A DNA stretch of 64,000 nucleotides from an uncultured Trueperaceae bacterium (GCA_963799485.1 CAWCXJ010000013.1:32001-96000), one strand, 5' to 3'; numbered from the stretch's first letter, positions 27,328-38,026 are shown. Notes: a model not told the origin generated them from the letters alone. Program-made: numbers and translations.

Positions 27328-28503
27328 ATGGCTGAAGTCGAACAAGTACGGGTAACGGAAAAAGGGGCGCGGCGGCTGGCGTCGGGACACCCGTGGGTGT
27401 TTGCCAGCGATTTACGCGTTTCAGGGCGCGCTGCGCCCGGTTTGGCGGCAGTTTTCAACCCTCGCGGGGAACGGCTCGGCGAAGGGTTTTACAATCCGCA
27501 CTCGAAGCTGGCTTTGCGGCTCGTGACGCGGGGCGACGCACAGGTTACGCCCGAGCTTATCGCTACGCGCCTCCGGCAAGCAGCGACGTACCGGGCGCGG
27601 GCGGCGGCAGGCTTTGAAGCGTTTCGCGTCGTCCACAGCGAAGCGGACGGCCTGCCGGGTCTGACGGTCGATAAATACGGCGATTATCTGGTGCTGCAGC
27701 AACACGCCGCCGCACTCTCGAGTTTTACCCAAGTTATCGTCGCAACGCTGGTAGACAGCTACGCCCCCAAAGGCATTTTGGCCCGGAACGACAACGCGGT
27801 GAGGCGGCTCGAGGCCCTCCCTCAAGAAATTACGCTGCTCGCCGGGTCGGTGCCTGAAGCGGTGCCCTTTACCGAAGGTAACGTGACGCTCACCGCTGCG
27901 CCCTACACGGGCCAAAAAACCGGCGCGTTTTTAGACCAGCGGGCAAACCATGTGTACGCGGGTCAGCAGGCCTACGGTCGCGCCTTAGACGTGTTTTCGT
28001 ATCACGGCGGCTTTGCCTTGCAGCTCGCCCGCCGCGCCGACGAGACGACGGCGGTGGACTCGAGCGCCCCCGCACTGGCACAACTGGAGCGGAGCGCCGG
28101 GGCCAACGACCTCGCCGTAAAGACGGTTCAGGGCGACGCCTTCGCCGTGTTGCGCGGCCTCGTCAGCGGCGCGGAGCGGTTTGATACAGTGGTTTTAGAC
28201 CCCCCGGCGTTTGCCAAAGGCCGCACTCAGGTGACGGCGGCGCTGACGGGCTACCGTGACCTTAATCTGCACGCACTCAAGCTGCTCGCGGTCGGCGGAC
28301 GGCTCCTCACCGCGAGCTGCTCGCACTTCATCTCCGAAGCGGTGTTTTTAGAGATGCTTACGGGGGCGGCGCAAGACGCAGGAAGGACGGTGCGGGTGCT
28401 TGCCAAACGGGGCGCTGCGGCGTGTCACCCGGAAGTGCTGAGCTTGCCGGAAACGCGTTATCTGACGTTTGTAGGGCTCGAGGTTACCGACATCATTCGC
28501 TGA
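27328..28503 (+). CDS. Class I SAM-dependent rRNA methyltransferase (RlmI-like)
   Basis: GHPWVF, SEADGLPGL, GQKTGAFLDQR, VLDPPAF, SCS. Confidence 0.9.
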   Translation: MAEVEQVRVTEKGARRLASGHPWVFASDLRVSGRAAPGLAAVFNPRGERLGEGFYNPHSKLALRLVTRGDAQVTPELIATRLRQAATYRARAAAGFEAFRVVHSEADGLPGLTVDKYGDYLVLQQHAAALSSFTQVIVATLVDSYAPKGILARNDNAVRRLEALPQEITLLAGSVPEAVPFTEGNVTLTAAPYTGQKTGAFLDQRANHVYAGQQAYGRALDVFSYHGGFALQLARRADETTAVDSSAPALAQLERSAGANDLAVKTVQGDAFAVLRGLVSGAERFDTVVLDPPAFAKGRTQVTAALTGYRDLNLHALKLLAVGGRLLTASCSHFISEAVFLEMLTGAAQDAGRTVRVLAKRGAAACHPEVLSLPETRYLTFVGLEVTDIIR

Positions 28504-28531
28504 AAGACAGGTTTGAGATGTGTGGTTCAAG

Positions 28532-28801
28532 ATGACAGGTTTGGGAGAACAGCTGCGCGAGGTTTTGGCGGCGCAGGGGCTTTCGCCCGAACAGCTCGAC
28601 GCTTTGGCCGCGCAGCTCGTGTGGCGAGTAGGCCGTAGCGGAGACGAGGGGCCGGTGACGGTGCGGGTCGGTTTTGCCACGAGCGCCGCGCTCTTTGCCG
28701 ACTTGCCGCGCCTCAAGACGGCGTCGGACGCCGAACTCGAGGAGGCTGCCCAAACGGGCGCAGTGCGCGTAGAATGGGTGGGGACGCGCCCGCGCCCTTA
28801 A
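28532..28801 (+). CDS. DUF3248-like protein
   Basis: LVWRVGR...VTVRVGFA...FADLPRL...VRVEWV pattern typical of Deinococcus-Thermus. Confidence 0.75.
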   Translation: MTGLGEQLREVLAAQGLSPEQLDALAAQLVWRVGRSGDEGPVTVRVGFATSAALFADLPRLKTASDAELEEAAQTGAVRVEWVGTRPRP

Positions 28802-28813
28802 ACCGGTTTAGTT

Positions 28814-29329
28814 ATGGATATCGCGCACACGGTTCACTTTGGTTTCGACCTCAGCCTCGCTCCGGCTGAGGCGGTGGCCTTCGTGCGCGACGTGCCGCGC
28901 AGCCTCGCCTACGCCGCCTTTATCCGCGATATGGAAGTCTTCGAGGTGGGCAGCCTCCAGCACGTGCGCGCGTTGCTGCCGGTCAACGCAGCGTTTTTCG
29001 GTCAGCAAGAGCTGACCTTTGAAAGTACCTTAAAACCGACCGTGCGGGGGGCCGAGCTGAGCCCGCTGCCGCTTTCCGAACCGCGTCTGGGTTGGGCCGA
29101 GGTCGCCGGACGCGCCGACGTGCAACCCTTACCGAGCGGCAGCCGCGTCGTCTACGACTTCGACATCACAATTCACCTGAACTTGCCCGAACCCGAGAAA
29201 TGGGGCGGGCGGGCGCTCCTCAAGATGATTCATTTTACGGCGCAGCGGGTGCTGGAAAATATCGCGGCGGATTTTCCCGCAGCCGTGCAGCGGGCTGCGG
29301 CTGAAACCGAAGCGGCGTACCAGGCATAA
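28814..29329 (+). CDS. DUF3809-like protein
   Basis: PEKWGGRALLKM motif; follows the DUF3248-like gene. Confidence 0.72.
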   Translation: MDIAHTVHFGFDLSLAPAEAVAFVRDVPRSLAYAAFIRDMEVFEVGSLQHVRALLPVNAAFFGQQELTFESTLKPTVRGAELSPLPLSEPRLGWAEVAGRADVQPLPSGSRVVYDFDITIHLNLPEPEKWGGRALLKMIHFTAQRVLENIAADFPAAVQRAAAETEAAYQA

Positions 29330-29359
29330 ATCAGGTGCCGTAGCTGAAATAGCTGGCGC

Positions 29360-29745
29360 TCTTCCTGAACTTACGGTCATGGACGTAGAAAAAGCCCGGT
29401 GTTTTATACCGATTTGCCCGGGTTTACGGTGCTTTTCTCCCGACCCGAAGCGCGTTTTGCCTATCTGGGTCTGGGTGACGCGCAGCTGATGCTCGACCAA
29501 TACAGCGAGGGGCAAGGCTGGGACGGCTCGAGCTTCCCTTCGGTCGCGGCATCAACTTGCAAACCGAAGTCGAATTGGAGCCCGCTGCTCACACGTTTGG
29601 CAGCGGCGAAGCACAGCTTTTCGTCCCGCCGGAAACAAACTGGTACCATCAGGACGGCGAGCTGCACGGCAACCGTGAATTTTTGGTACAACCGGACGGT
29701 TATGTGCTCAGGTTCAGCGAATATCTCGGGACGAAACCAGTCTAG
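29360..29745 (+). pseudogene. VOC/glyoxalase (bleomycin-resistance-like) pseudogene
   Basis: LPELTV / FYTDLPGF..AQLML / PFGRGINLQ / LLTRLAA / NWY..REFLVQ-PDGYVLRF spread over at least 4 frame changes. Confidence 0.8.
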
Positions 29746-29756
29746 GCGTTTTACGG

Positions 29757-31103
29757 CTACTTGCCGACACAGAAGTTTTTGAAAATATGCTCTAAAGTCT
29801 CTTCAGCCACGTCGCCGCGTCCGGTGAGTTCGGCAAGTGTTTTGAGCGCGTCGGCCAGGTCGAGCGCGGCGAGGTCGTCGGGTGCATTTTGGGCGCGCAG
29901 GAGATGGTCGCGCACCGTTTCCAACGCTTGAATCTGCCGTTCGCCGCCGAGCCACAATTCGCTCCCTCCGGCGTCGCCGATGAGCTTGCCCCGAATGAGC
30001 GCGCGGAGGGTGTCCAAGCCTGCGCCGGTCGTTGCGGAAATGTTCAGCACATTTACGGGGAGGCTATCGGGTGCCCAGACCGGCTCCAGGTCGGTTTTGC
30101 TCGCCAGAACCAGAAGCCGCGCCGGGTCGAGGTCGCGGGTAAGGGCGAGGTCGCCGGAGTCCAGCTCCCGGCTCGTATCGAGCAGCAGCAAGCTCAAATC
30201 GGCGTTTTGCGCAATACTCCGCGCGAGTTCGACGCCGCTCGCTTCTACTACGTCGCCGGTATCTCTGATGCCCGCCGTGTCGATGGCTGTGACCGGGACG
30301 CCGAGGATGTCCAGGGGAGCCTCGAGGTAGTCTCGAGTCGTCCCCGGCACGTCCGACACGAGCGAGCGCCCGTAACCGAGCAGCGCATTTAAGAGGCTCG
30401 ATTTTCCGGCGTTGGGTTTGCCGATGAGCGCCAGCCGCGCCCCCCGCTGCGCCATCCGGCCCGCTTTGGCGGTACCTAAAAGCTTGTCGATACGGCCCAC
30501 GGCCCGCGCGAGCGGTGCCGCAAACTCCGCGTCGGGCACGCCCTCATCCGGGTAGTCGAACATCGCCTGAACATCGCCGTAAACTTGCGTGACATCGCTC
30601 TGGATAAGGCCGAGTTGCTCGCTCAGTGTTTTGGACAACCCCAACGCCGCGCTCCGCCGTGCGCTGTCACTCTGCGCGTTGACGAGTTCCAAAACGGCCT
30701 CGGCCTGCACCAGATCGAGCCGCCCGGAGAGGAAGGCGCGCAGCGTAAACTCGCCCGGTTGCGCGAGCCGCGCCCCGTGCTGCACGCACAGCTCTAAAAC
30801 GCGTCGTAAAACGGCGGGGCCGCCGTGCGTTTGCAGCTCCAACACGTCTTCGCCGGTGTACGAGCGCGGGGCGCGGAAGGTCAGCAGCAGGCTCTCGTCA
30901 ATGAGTTCGGCCTCATCCAGCACGCGACCGTAAACGACCCGGTTAGCCGGAAGCTCCGTGACCCTGCGCCCGTTGTTCGGCGTAAAGAGTTTGCTGCCGA
31001 CCCCGTAGGCGTTCGGCCCTGAAAGCCGCACGATACCCACGGCTCCGACGCCGGGAGCGGTGGCAATGGCGGCGATGGTGTCACCTTGGGGCGGGAGCGG
31101 CAT
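29757..31103 (-). CDS. mnmE: tRNA modification GTPase MnmE
   Basis: TIAAIAT, SYTGED, GKPNAGKSS, GTTRD, DTAG, FCVGK terminus. Confidence 0.98.
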   Translation of the reverse strand: MPLPPQGDTIAAIATAPGVGAVGIVRLSGPNAYGVGSKLFTPNNGRRVTELPANRVVYGRVLDEAELIDESLLLTFRAPRSYTGEDVLELQTHGGPAVLRRVLELCVQHGARLAQPGEFTLRAFLSGRLDLVQAEAVLELVNAQSDSARRSAALGLSKTLSEQLGLIQSDVTQVYGDVQAMFDYPDEGVPDAEFAAPLARAVGRIDKLLGTAKAGRMAQRGARLALIGKPNAGKSSLLNALLGYGRSLVSDVPGTTRDYLEAPLDILGVPVTAIDTAGIRDTGDVVEASGVELARSIAQNADLSLLLLDTSRELDSGDLALTRDLDPARLLVLASKTDLEPVWAPDSLPVNVLNISATTGAGLDTLRALIRGKLIGDAGGSELWLGGERQIQALETVRDHLLRAQNAPDDLAALDLADALKTLAELTGRGDVAEETLEHIFKNFCVGK

Positions 31104-31194
31104 AGGGTATTAAAACGTCCGCTGTGAGCGGGCGGCGTCCGCTAAACGACGCCCAATGTTTGGCTGTTTCTGAACGAATTTTTGCAAGTCTACG

Positions 31195-32496
31195 TCAGGC
31201 TGCTTGAAGCGCAACTTCAGAGAACGCCTCGTTGGCTGCCTGGATCATCCGGTCGATATCGGCCTCGGTATGGGCATACGATAAAAACGCCGCCTCATAC
31301 GCGCTTGCAGGCCAGTAAATCCCCCGGTTCAAAAGGCCGTGAAACCACCGTCTGAACTGCCCTGTATCGGTCGTGCTGGCGCTTTCAAAGTCTGTAACCG
31401 CCTGCTCGGTAAAAAACACCGTAATCATCGAGCCGACGCGGTTGATGGTCACGGGCACACCGTTCGCCTCGGCTGCGCCTTCAAGCCCGGTCTCCAACTG
31501 CGCGCCCCTCGCTTCTAACACTTCGTACAAATCCGGCAGCGCATCCATCGCCGCAAACGTCGCAAGCCCCGCCGCCATCGCCAGCGGATTGCCCGAGAGC
31601 GTCCCGGCCTGATAGACCTTGCCGACCGGGGAGACCTGCGCCATGAACTGCGCCTTGCCGCCGTAGGCTCCGACCGGCAGGCCGCCGCCGATGATTTTGC
31701 CCCAGCACACCAGGTCGGCGTCGATGCCGTAACGCTCGACCGCGCCGCCACGGGCGAGCCGAAAGCCGGTCATCACCTCGTCGGCGATGAGCAGTGCGCC
31801 GTTGTTACGGGTCAACTCGCGCAAGCCGCTTAAAAACTCATGGGTCGGCTCGACCACGCCCATATTACCGACGACGGGCTCGAGGATAACCGCCGCAATC
31901 TCATCCGGGCGCAGTTCAAAAAGTTCCCGCACCGAGTCCAAATCGTTGTACTGCGCGACCAGCGTCGTTTTTGCGGTATCTGCCGGAACCCCCGCCGACG
32001 ACGGCACACCGGTCGTCATCGCCCCCGAGCCTGCCGCAACCAAGAGCCCGTCGGCGTGTCCGTGATAGTTCCCGGCGAACTTGACGATGTAGTCGCGTCC
32101 GGTTGCGCCCCTTGCCACCCGCAGGGCGCTCATCGTCGCTTCGGTGCCCGAATTGACGAAGCGCACCCGTTCGCACCCCGGATAGCGTTTTAAGACCTCT
32201 TCAGCCAAAGCAACTTCGCGGCCCGTCGGCGCGCCGAACGAAGTCCCGTCCGCCGCTGCATTTTGTACCGCCGCCACGACCGCCGGGTGCGCGTGCCCTA
32301 AAATCATCGGCCCCCACGAGCCGATGGCGTCTAGATAGGTGTTGCCGTCGGCGTCGGTCAGCGTTACGCCTTTGGCCTTGGTGATAAACCGGGGTGTCCC
32401 GCCAACTGAGCCGAAGGCGCGAACCGGCGAGTTGACGCCGCCCGGAATCAGCTTTGCGGCTTGGGCAAACAGGGCTTCTGAAGCGTGTGTATCCAT
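31195..32496 (-). CDS. hemL: Glutamate-1-semialdehyde 2,1-aminomutase
   Basis: IPGGVNSPVRAF, SGTEATMSA, DEVMTGFR, GKIIGGGLP, YQAGTLSGNP. Confidence 0.97.
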   Translation of the reverse strand: MDTHASEALFAQAAKLIPGGVNSPVRAFGSVGGTPRFITKAKGVTLTDADGNTYLDAIGSWGPMILGHAHPAVVAAVQNAAADGTSFGAPTGREVALAEEVLKRYPGCERVRFVNSGTEATMSALRVARGATGRDYIVKFAGNYHGHADGLLVAAGSGAMTTGVPSSAGVPADTAKTTLVAQYNDLDSVRELFELRPDEIAAVILEPVVGNMGVVEPTHEFLSGLRELTRNNGALLIADEVMTGFRLARGGAVERYGIDADLVCWGKIIGGGLPVGAYGGKAQFMAQVSPVGKVYQAGTLSGNPLAMAAGLATFAAMDALPDLYEVLEARGAQLETGLEGAAEANGVPVTINRVGSMITVFFTEQAVTDFESASTTDTGQFRRWFHGLLNRGIYWPASAYEAAFLSYAHTEADIDRMIQAANEAFSEVALQAA

Positions 32497-32579
32497 CCGC
32501 TTATGCTGGCACGGCGGCGGCTCTAAAAGGGCGTGTCAGCCTACTTGAAAGGCTCGAGGGTGTGCGACCAGCTTCAAAG

Positions 32580-33950
32580 TCAGGTTGCTGAAGCCGGCAC
32601 AATCTGACGACGCAGAAATACGAGCCCTGCTAGCCCAGCAACAACATAGGCCACACCCTGCACATTGATGACCGGCACGATGCCTAGCGGGTCGCCGAAC
32701 ACCGCTGCGAGTGTAAGGCCCGCAAGGTTGAGCAGCGCCATCGTCGTTCCGTACGCCCCGAATACGCGACCCCGGTACCGGTCTTCAACGTTGATCTGAA
32801 AGAGGGTAAGTAGCCCCGCCTGGAGTGCAGACACGGGAAGACCGGCCAAGGCAATCAGCAGGAGCGCGAGGGTGACGCCGGACAGAAAAAAAGGGTAGTT
32901 GAAAATAACCAGGTCGATGACGCCGAGTCCAAGTGCGCCCCAGCCGAGCAGCCAAAACGGTTTGAAGCGGTCAGCAAGCCCACTTATCAGTATGCCCCCA
33001 ATGATACCGCCGACCGCCTGTGCCGACATCAGCCAACCGACCATGACCGCTTCTCCCCGCAGGACATCGGTGACGAAAGGGATAAAAAGTGCGGACATGA
33101 CTCCTTCACCGACCGAGGTGATGGCGATGATGACAAAGAGCAGCGTCACTACGCGGTTTTGTTGGACGAGTCTGAGACCCTCGAGCCACTCTCTCCACAC
33201 GCCGCTCAGCCCACTAAATACCACCGGTGACTCTGTGGGCGGTTCTGGTACTTCTGCCGGGCGAGGATTTAACCGAACAAGGGCCACACAGCCAGCAGCG
33301 ACGAGAAAAGACGCCGCGTCGAGGAGGACAACGCCTTGCAGCCCTACAAAGCCCATCACGACGCCACCCAGCGCTGGCCCAATCAGGCGTGCCAGGTTGT
33401 CGTTGAGGGCGTTGAGCGCGTTGGCTGGAGCGAGCTGAGGTTCTTCGACCACAGTCGGTAAAAATGCGTTCTCAGCCGGGATGAAAAAGCGGCTGACGGC
33501 GGCCTGTATGAAAGCGACCGGGTAGACGAGCCAGAGCCAACCAGTTGTAGGAACGAGAGCTAAAGGCAGCACCCCGGCAAACAGCAGCAGGTTCGTGACG
33601 ACCATTGTGCGTTGCCGGTTCCAGCGGTCGACGAAGATGCCTGCGACCGAACCGAGCAAGATACGGGGCACGGTTCCTACCATGAACGTCAACCCGGTCG
33701 CCAGCGTAGAACCAGTGGTTTCGTAGACATACACGGGCAGACCAATCTGGAGGGCCCAACTCCCGATCATCGAGACGAGCCCACCCCACCAGAGCAGTGC
33801 GAAGTTGCGGTTGGCAAGCATTAAGGTAAGGGGTGGGGCGGTTGGCTTTGCGAGACTTTGAGTTGCACGTTGGGCCTGTCTCCTCCGGGCCGCATCTTGC
33901 AAACGTGCTTGGTGACGTTGGTGTGCCTCGGAGTCCCTAAACCAGCGCAT
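32580..33950 (-). CDS. MFS transporter (DHA3/macrolide-efflux-like); start uncertain
   Basis: NRNFALLW, GIFVDRWNR motif A, YRGRVFG; about 12 TM segments. Confidence 0.88.
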   Translation of the reverse strand: MRWFRDSEAHQRHQARLQDAARRRQAQRATQSLAKPTAPPLTLMLANRNFALLWWGGLVSMIGSWALQIGLPVYVYETTGSTLATGLTFMVGTVPRILLGSVAGIFVDRWNRQRTMVVTNLLLFAGVLPLALVPTTGWLWLVYPVAFIQAAVSRFFIPAENAFLPTVVEEPQLAPANALNALNDNLARLIGPALGGVVMGFVGLQGVVLLDAASFLVAAGCVALVRLNPRPAEVPEPPTESPVVFSGLSGVWREWLEGLRLVQQNRVVTLLFVIIAITSVGEGVMSALFIPFVTDVLRGEAVMVGWLMSAQAVGGIIGGILISGLADRFKPFWLLGWGALGLGVIDLVIFNYPFFLSGVTLALLLIALAGLPVSALQAGLLTLFQINVEDRYRGRVFGAYGTTMALLNLAGLTLAAVFGDPLGIVPVINVQGVAYVVAGLAGLVFLRRQIVPASAT

Positions 33951-33980
33951 GACCTTAGCGTCGGTGTTATCCTACTGCAA

Positions 33981-34652
33981 ATGAAAGACGCAAATTCAGA
34001 TAGGACGTCCAACGAAGGTTTTTGGACTGTGACCAATATAGAGCAAGCGAAACTGCTTACCGACGCTACGAGTAAAGCATTTTTCAAGCCGTTTTTAGCA
34101 AGGGAATGCACCGTAAGCCGCGCAGCTGAGGAAGTGGGTTGCAACGTCAACACCATGCTCTACCGGGTCAAGACGTTTGTCCGGGTTGGGTTACTCGAGG
34201 TCGCCCACATAGAAAAGCGGGTAGGACGGCCTATCAGGCACTACCGCTCGGTTCATGACGCGTATCTGATTCCTGATGGCGTCACGCCTTACGCCGACCT
34301 TGAAGAGCGGTTGTTAAGGCAGATTCGACCCTTTTGGGAGACGCTGATGCGGTCACTTGCCCGCGCCTACCGCGAGCGAGGTCTGGGCGGGCAGTACCTG
34401 CAACGCACCACCACAGGCGTAGTCACGACAAGCTTGGCGACCCAAGGCGAGGGAGATGGCTTAGCTGACTTCTGGTCGGCTCTGTCGCCTGTCTACTCGG
34501 ATATGACACTCGACTTGACGCCAGCAGAGGCTGAAGCACTGGCACATCGTTTGCTAAGGATTCTAGCAGAAGCATCCCAAAATATCGCTACAAAAGAGCT
34601 GAAGGGGAGTCGGCAGTACGTTTTGCAGGTCGCTCTAGTACCTTCTGAATAG
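33981..34652 (+). CDS. Winged-HTH transcriptional regulator
   Basis: TVSRAAEEVG..NTMLYRV...GLLEV...GRPIRHY; TATCCT 7 nt before ATG; divergent from the MFS gene. Confidence 0.8.
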   Translation: MKDANSDRTSNEGFWTVTNIEQAKLLTDATSKAFFKPFLARECTVSRAAEEVGCNVNTMLYRVKTFVRVGLLEVAHIEKRVGRPIRHYRSVHDAYLIPDGVTPYADLEERLLRQIRPFWETLMRSLARAYRERGLGGQYLQRTTTGVVTTSLATQGEGDGLADFWSALSPVYSDMTLDLTPAEAEALAHRLLRILAEASQNIATKELKGSRQYVLQVALVPSE

Positions 34653-34773
34653 CTGAAAAACGATCATAGGCTAACGACCATAGACTATAGAAGCTGTGCA
34701 GCGTCTAGATCATCTTTTTGCAAGCGCGTCACATATTTGCTACCTGACGGGCTTGTTAAACTGCGCTAAACCC

Positions 34774-35664
34774 ATGGAAACCATCACTTTCATCCAGCAG
34801 CTCGCCTCCCCGACGCTCGACCATTTTTTTCGCTTGATGAGCGGGCTGGGTAGCACGAGGGCGTATATCGTGCTGCTCCTCGGCGCGTATCTGGCGCTCG
34901 ACGCCCGCTTGGGGCAGCGTCTGGGCATCTTCGTCCTGGTCGGCTTTTATCTCAACTTTCATCTCAAAGGGCTCGTCGGTACCGAAAGGCCGTTTTTAAT
35001 CGACCCGAGTGTCGCGCGTACACCCGAGGCGGTTCCGACAAGCGGGCCGGGATTTCCGAGCGGTCACGCACAGCTCAGTGTCACGTTTTGGGGCTACGCG
35101 GCGTGGTGGCTCTCGCGCCGCTGGTTTTGGGCAGTGGCGCTTCTGGTGGTCGCGCTGATTTCACTCTCGAGGCTCTACCTGGGGATGCATTTTCTCGTCG
35201 ACGTGGTGGGTGGCCTCGCTATCGGCGCGGTCTATACGGCGGCGGCAGCCTTTGCCGAACCGTTCTGGCTGAGTTTGCGGAGCGTTTCCAAACCCCTGCG
35301 GGCCGCCGTAGGCTTTTTTACGCCGCTCGCGCTGCTGCTCGCGTTGCCTCCGCCGGGCCTCGAGGCCGGCCTTATCATGGGGGCTTTGGCCGCCTTCGGC
35401 AGCGCGCCGCTGCTTATGCCCTACACGCCGCCCCAAGGTCTGTGGCGGCGTCTGCTGGTCGCTGTAATCGGGATTGCACTGGTATTTGCGGCGCTGAGCG
35501 CCTCGAGCCTGCTGCTTACCGAAGCGGTTAAACGCAGCGCGCTGGGCGGCTTTTTTCGCTACGTCTTTATCGCCTATATCGGTCTTTACCTGACGCCGTG
35601 GTTCGCGCAGGCCGTGCGGCTTGCGCCGAAACCGCTTGGGACAAACGCCGATGCGAAAAGTTAA
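34774..35664 (+). CDS. PAP2-family membrane phosphatase
   Basis: K..RP, FPSGH, SRLYLGMHF..D motifs. Confidence 0.9.
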   Translation: METITFIQQLASPTLDHFFRLMSGLGSTRAYIVLLLGAYLALDARLGQRLGIFVLVGFYLNFHLKGLVGTERPFLIDPSVARTPEAVPTSGPGFPSGHAQLSVTFWGYAAWWLSRRWFWAVALLVVALISLSRLYLGMHFLVDVVGGLAIGAVYTAAAAFAEPFWLSLRSVSKPLRAAVGFFTPLALLLALPPPGLEAGLIMGALAAFGSAPLLMPYTPPQGLWRRLLVAVIGIALVFAALSASSLLLTEAVKRSALGGFFRYVFIAYIGLYLTPWFAQAVRLAPKPLGTNADAKS

Positions 35665-36469
35665 ATTGACGCTCGAGTACGACGGCAGCGACTTTTACGG
35701 CTGGCAAGTCCAGGCCAAAACCGGCGCGCGCAGCCCGAAGGAACGCGTTTTACGCACGGTGCAGGGAACGCTCGAGGCTGCCTTGTCCGACGTTCCCGGC
35801 GCGGTTCCCAGAGTAATGGCGGCGGGCCGTACCGACGCGGGTGTTCACGCGCTGGCGATGACCGCACACTACCTGACTGCAGACACCGTTCCTATCTCCA
35901 AAACCGCCGCCGCCTTAAACGCCCGTCTGCCCGGTGACGTGCGCGTCTTAAACGCCGAAACCGCGTCGCCGGACTTCGAAGCGCAGTTTGGCTGTCTTTA
36001 CCGCCGCTACGAATACCGTTTACGGCAACTGCACGGCGAGCGGGGTCTTGCCGGGTCGGCGCTCGAGCGTAAACGAATCCTCTTTTTGCCCCAACGCCTC
36101 GACGTGGGCGCGATGCAGGCAGCCGCGCCGCAATTTGAAGGCACCCGCGATTTTGCGGCGCTGGCAACCCAGGAGACGCGGGGGACGGTGCGAACGCTCT
36201 ACCGCTGCCGCCTGAGTATTCACGGGGCCGACCTGTGCCTGCACGTCGCCGCCGACGGCTTTTTACGCAACATGGTGCGGGCGCTCGTCGGGACGCTCCT
36301 CTGGGTCGGCGAAGGCAAGCTGAACCCTGAAGCAGTTCCGGCGCTTTTGGCGACGAAAGACCGCCGCCGGATGGGGCCGAACGTGCCGCCGCACGGTCTT
36401 TACTTTGCCGAAGCCGGGTACACGCCGTGGGTCGCCGAGCGTAGCCCTGCCGAGTCGTTTGACCGCTAG
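35651..36469 (+). CDS. truA: tRNA pseudouridine(38-40) synthase
   Basis: YDGSDFYGWQ, AGRTDAGVHA, GFLRNMVR, PHGLY. Confidence 0.96.
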   Translation: MRKVKLTLEYDGSDFYGWQVQAKTGARSPKERVLRTVQGTLEAALSDVPGAVPRVMAAGRTDAGVHALAMTAHYLTADTVPISKTAAALNARLPGDVRVLNAETASPDFEAQFGCLYRRYEYRLRQLHGERGLAGSALERKRILFLPQRLDVGAMQAAAPQFEGTRDFAALATQETRGTVRTLYRCRLSIHGADLCLHVAADGFLRNMVRALVGTLLWVGEGKLNPEAVPALLATKDRRRMGPNVPPHGLYFAEAGYTPWVAERSPAESFDR

Positions 36470-36529
36470 GCTCGAGCTGCGGGCTCAGAAAGTCGGGTTG
36501 CTGCCCTTCACGCTGTGACAAAATAGCTT

Positions 36530-38026
36530 ATGACAAAATATCTGCTGGTTTGGCTGGCTTTCGCCGGGGTAGCCTTTGCCCGCCCCCCCGAAGGCACGGT
36601 TTTTTACGAGATATTCGTGCGTTCGTTTCAAGACAGTAACGGCGACGGCGTTGGTGACTTGCAGGGCGCAACCGAAAGACTCGACTACCTGCAAGCTTTG
36701 GGTGTCGGCGGCGTCTGGCTGATGCCGCTCCACCCTTCACCGAGTTACCACGGCTACGACGTGACCGACTATAAAGAGGTCAATCCCGACTACGGCACGC
36801 TCTCCGACTTCAAGGCGTTTTTGGCCGCCGCTCATGAGCGCGGCATAGACGTTATTTTAGATTTGGTCGTCAACCACACCTCGTCGCAGCACCCGTGGTT
36901 TTTACAGGCCGAGGCGGGCAATCCCAAATACCGTAGATTCTACAATTTTTCCGAAACCGACCCCGGTTGGCGCGGGCTGGGCGGCCCTGCTTGGCACGAG
37001 GCCCCGGACGGCTCGTACTACCTGGGGCTTTTCTGGAGCGAGATGCCCGACCTCAACTACCGCAACCCGGCGGTGATGCGGGAGATGGAGGACGTGGCGC
37101 GGTACTGGTTAGAGTTAGGCGTAGACGGCTTCCGGGTAGACGCGGTTCAGCACATCATCGAGAGTCCAACCGGAAGCGTCGCCAACACGCCCGAGAATAT
37201 CGCGTGGGTCGGGCAGTTTGAGGACTTCATCCACTCGGTCAAGCCCGACGCCTACTTAGTCGGCGAAACCTGGACGGACACTGAAACCATCGCCCGCTAC
37301 TTTGAACGCGCCGGGCTCGACTACGCGTTTAACTATCCACTTTTTACGGCCTTGATAAACGCCGTGCAAGACCGCGACCCGGCGGGACTCGAGGCTGTAC
37401 TAACCCAGGACAAGGCGCTCTATCCGCCCACAGCGCGGCAGGCGACGTTTATCTCGAACCACGACCAGATTCGGCCCGGTACGGCGCTGGGCTTTTTACG
37501 GCGCGACGAGGCGCGGCTCAAGCTCGCTGCCGGACTCCTGTTGACCCTGCCGGGAACGCCCTTTATCTATTACGGCGAAGAACTCGGCCTGCCAAACGGC
37601 CCCGGCGACGCCGACGAGGAGAAACGCACGCCGATGCTGTGGGACGGCTCGGAAAATTTCGGCTTTACGACCGGCACGCCCTGGTACGCGTTTAGCAGCG
37701 ACGACGAAACCTTGACTGTTGCCGCTCAAGCCGCCGACCCGGACTCTGTTTTGAACTGGTACAAAAAACTCATCACTTTGCGTAAGGCGCATCCGGCACT
37801 TTTACGGGGAACGCTTACGTTGACCTCACCAGAAAACCCCGAGGTACTCGAGTTCCGCCGTAAAACCAAAGGCGAAACGGTCGTCGTTTTTGCCAACTTC
37901 GACGACGAAACCCAGATAGCTACTGCCGAGTATGCCGGAGCGACGGACTTGCTGACTGGGCAGACGGTAGGGGAGACGCTTACCTTGGGAGAGTTGGGCG
38001 TGGCGGTGCTCGAGCTTCCTGACTAG
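36530..38026 (+). CDS. Secreted GH13 alpha-amylase-family glycosidase
   Basis: Signal peptide; DSNGDGVGDL, DLVVNH, GFRVDAV, VGE, NHD, YYGEE. Confidence 0.93.
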   Translation: MTKYLLVWLAFAGVAFARPPEGTVFYEIFVRSFQDSNGDGVGDLQGATERLDYLQALGVGGVWLMPLHPSPSYHGYDVTDYKEVNPDYGTLSDFKAFLAAAHERGIDVILDLVVNHTSSQHPWFLQAEAGNPKYRRFYNFSETDPGWRGLGGPAWHEAPDGSYYLGLFWSEMPDLNYRNPAVMREMEDVARYWLELGVDGFRVDAVQHIIESPTGSVANTPENIAWVGQFEDFIHSVKPDAYLVGETWTDTETIARYFERAGLDYAFNYPLFTALINAVQDRDPAGLEAVLTQDKALYPPTARQATFISNHDQIRPGTALGFLRRDEARLKLAAGLLLTLPGTPFIYYGEELGLPNGPGDADEEKRTPMLWDGSENFGFTTGTPWYAFSSDDETLTVAAQAADPDSVLNWYKKLITLRKAHPALLRGTLTLTSPENPEVLEFRRKTKGETVVVFANFDDETQIATAEYAGATDLLTGQTVGETLTLGELGVAVLELPD

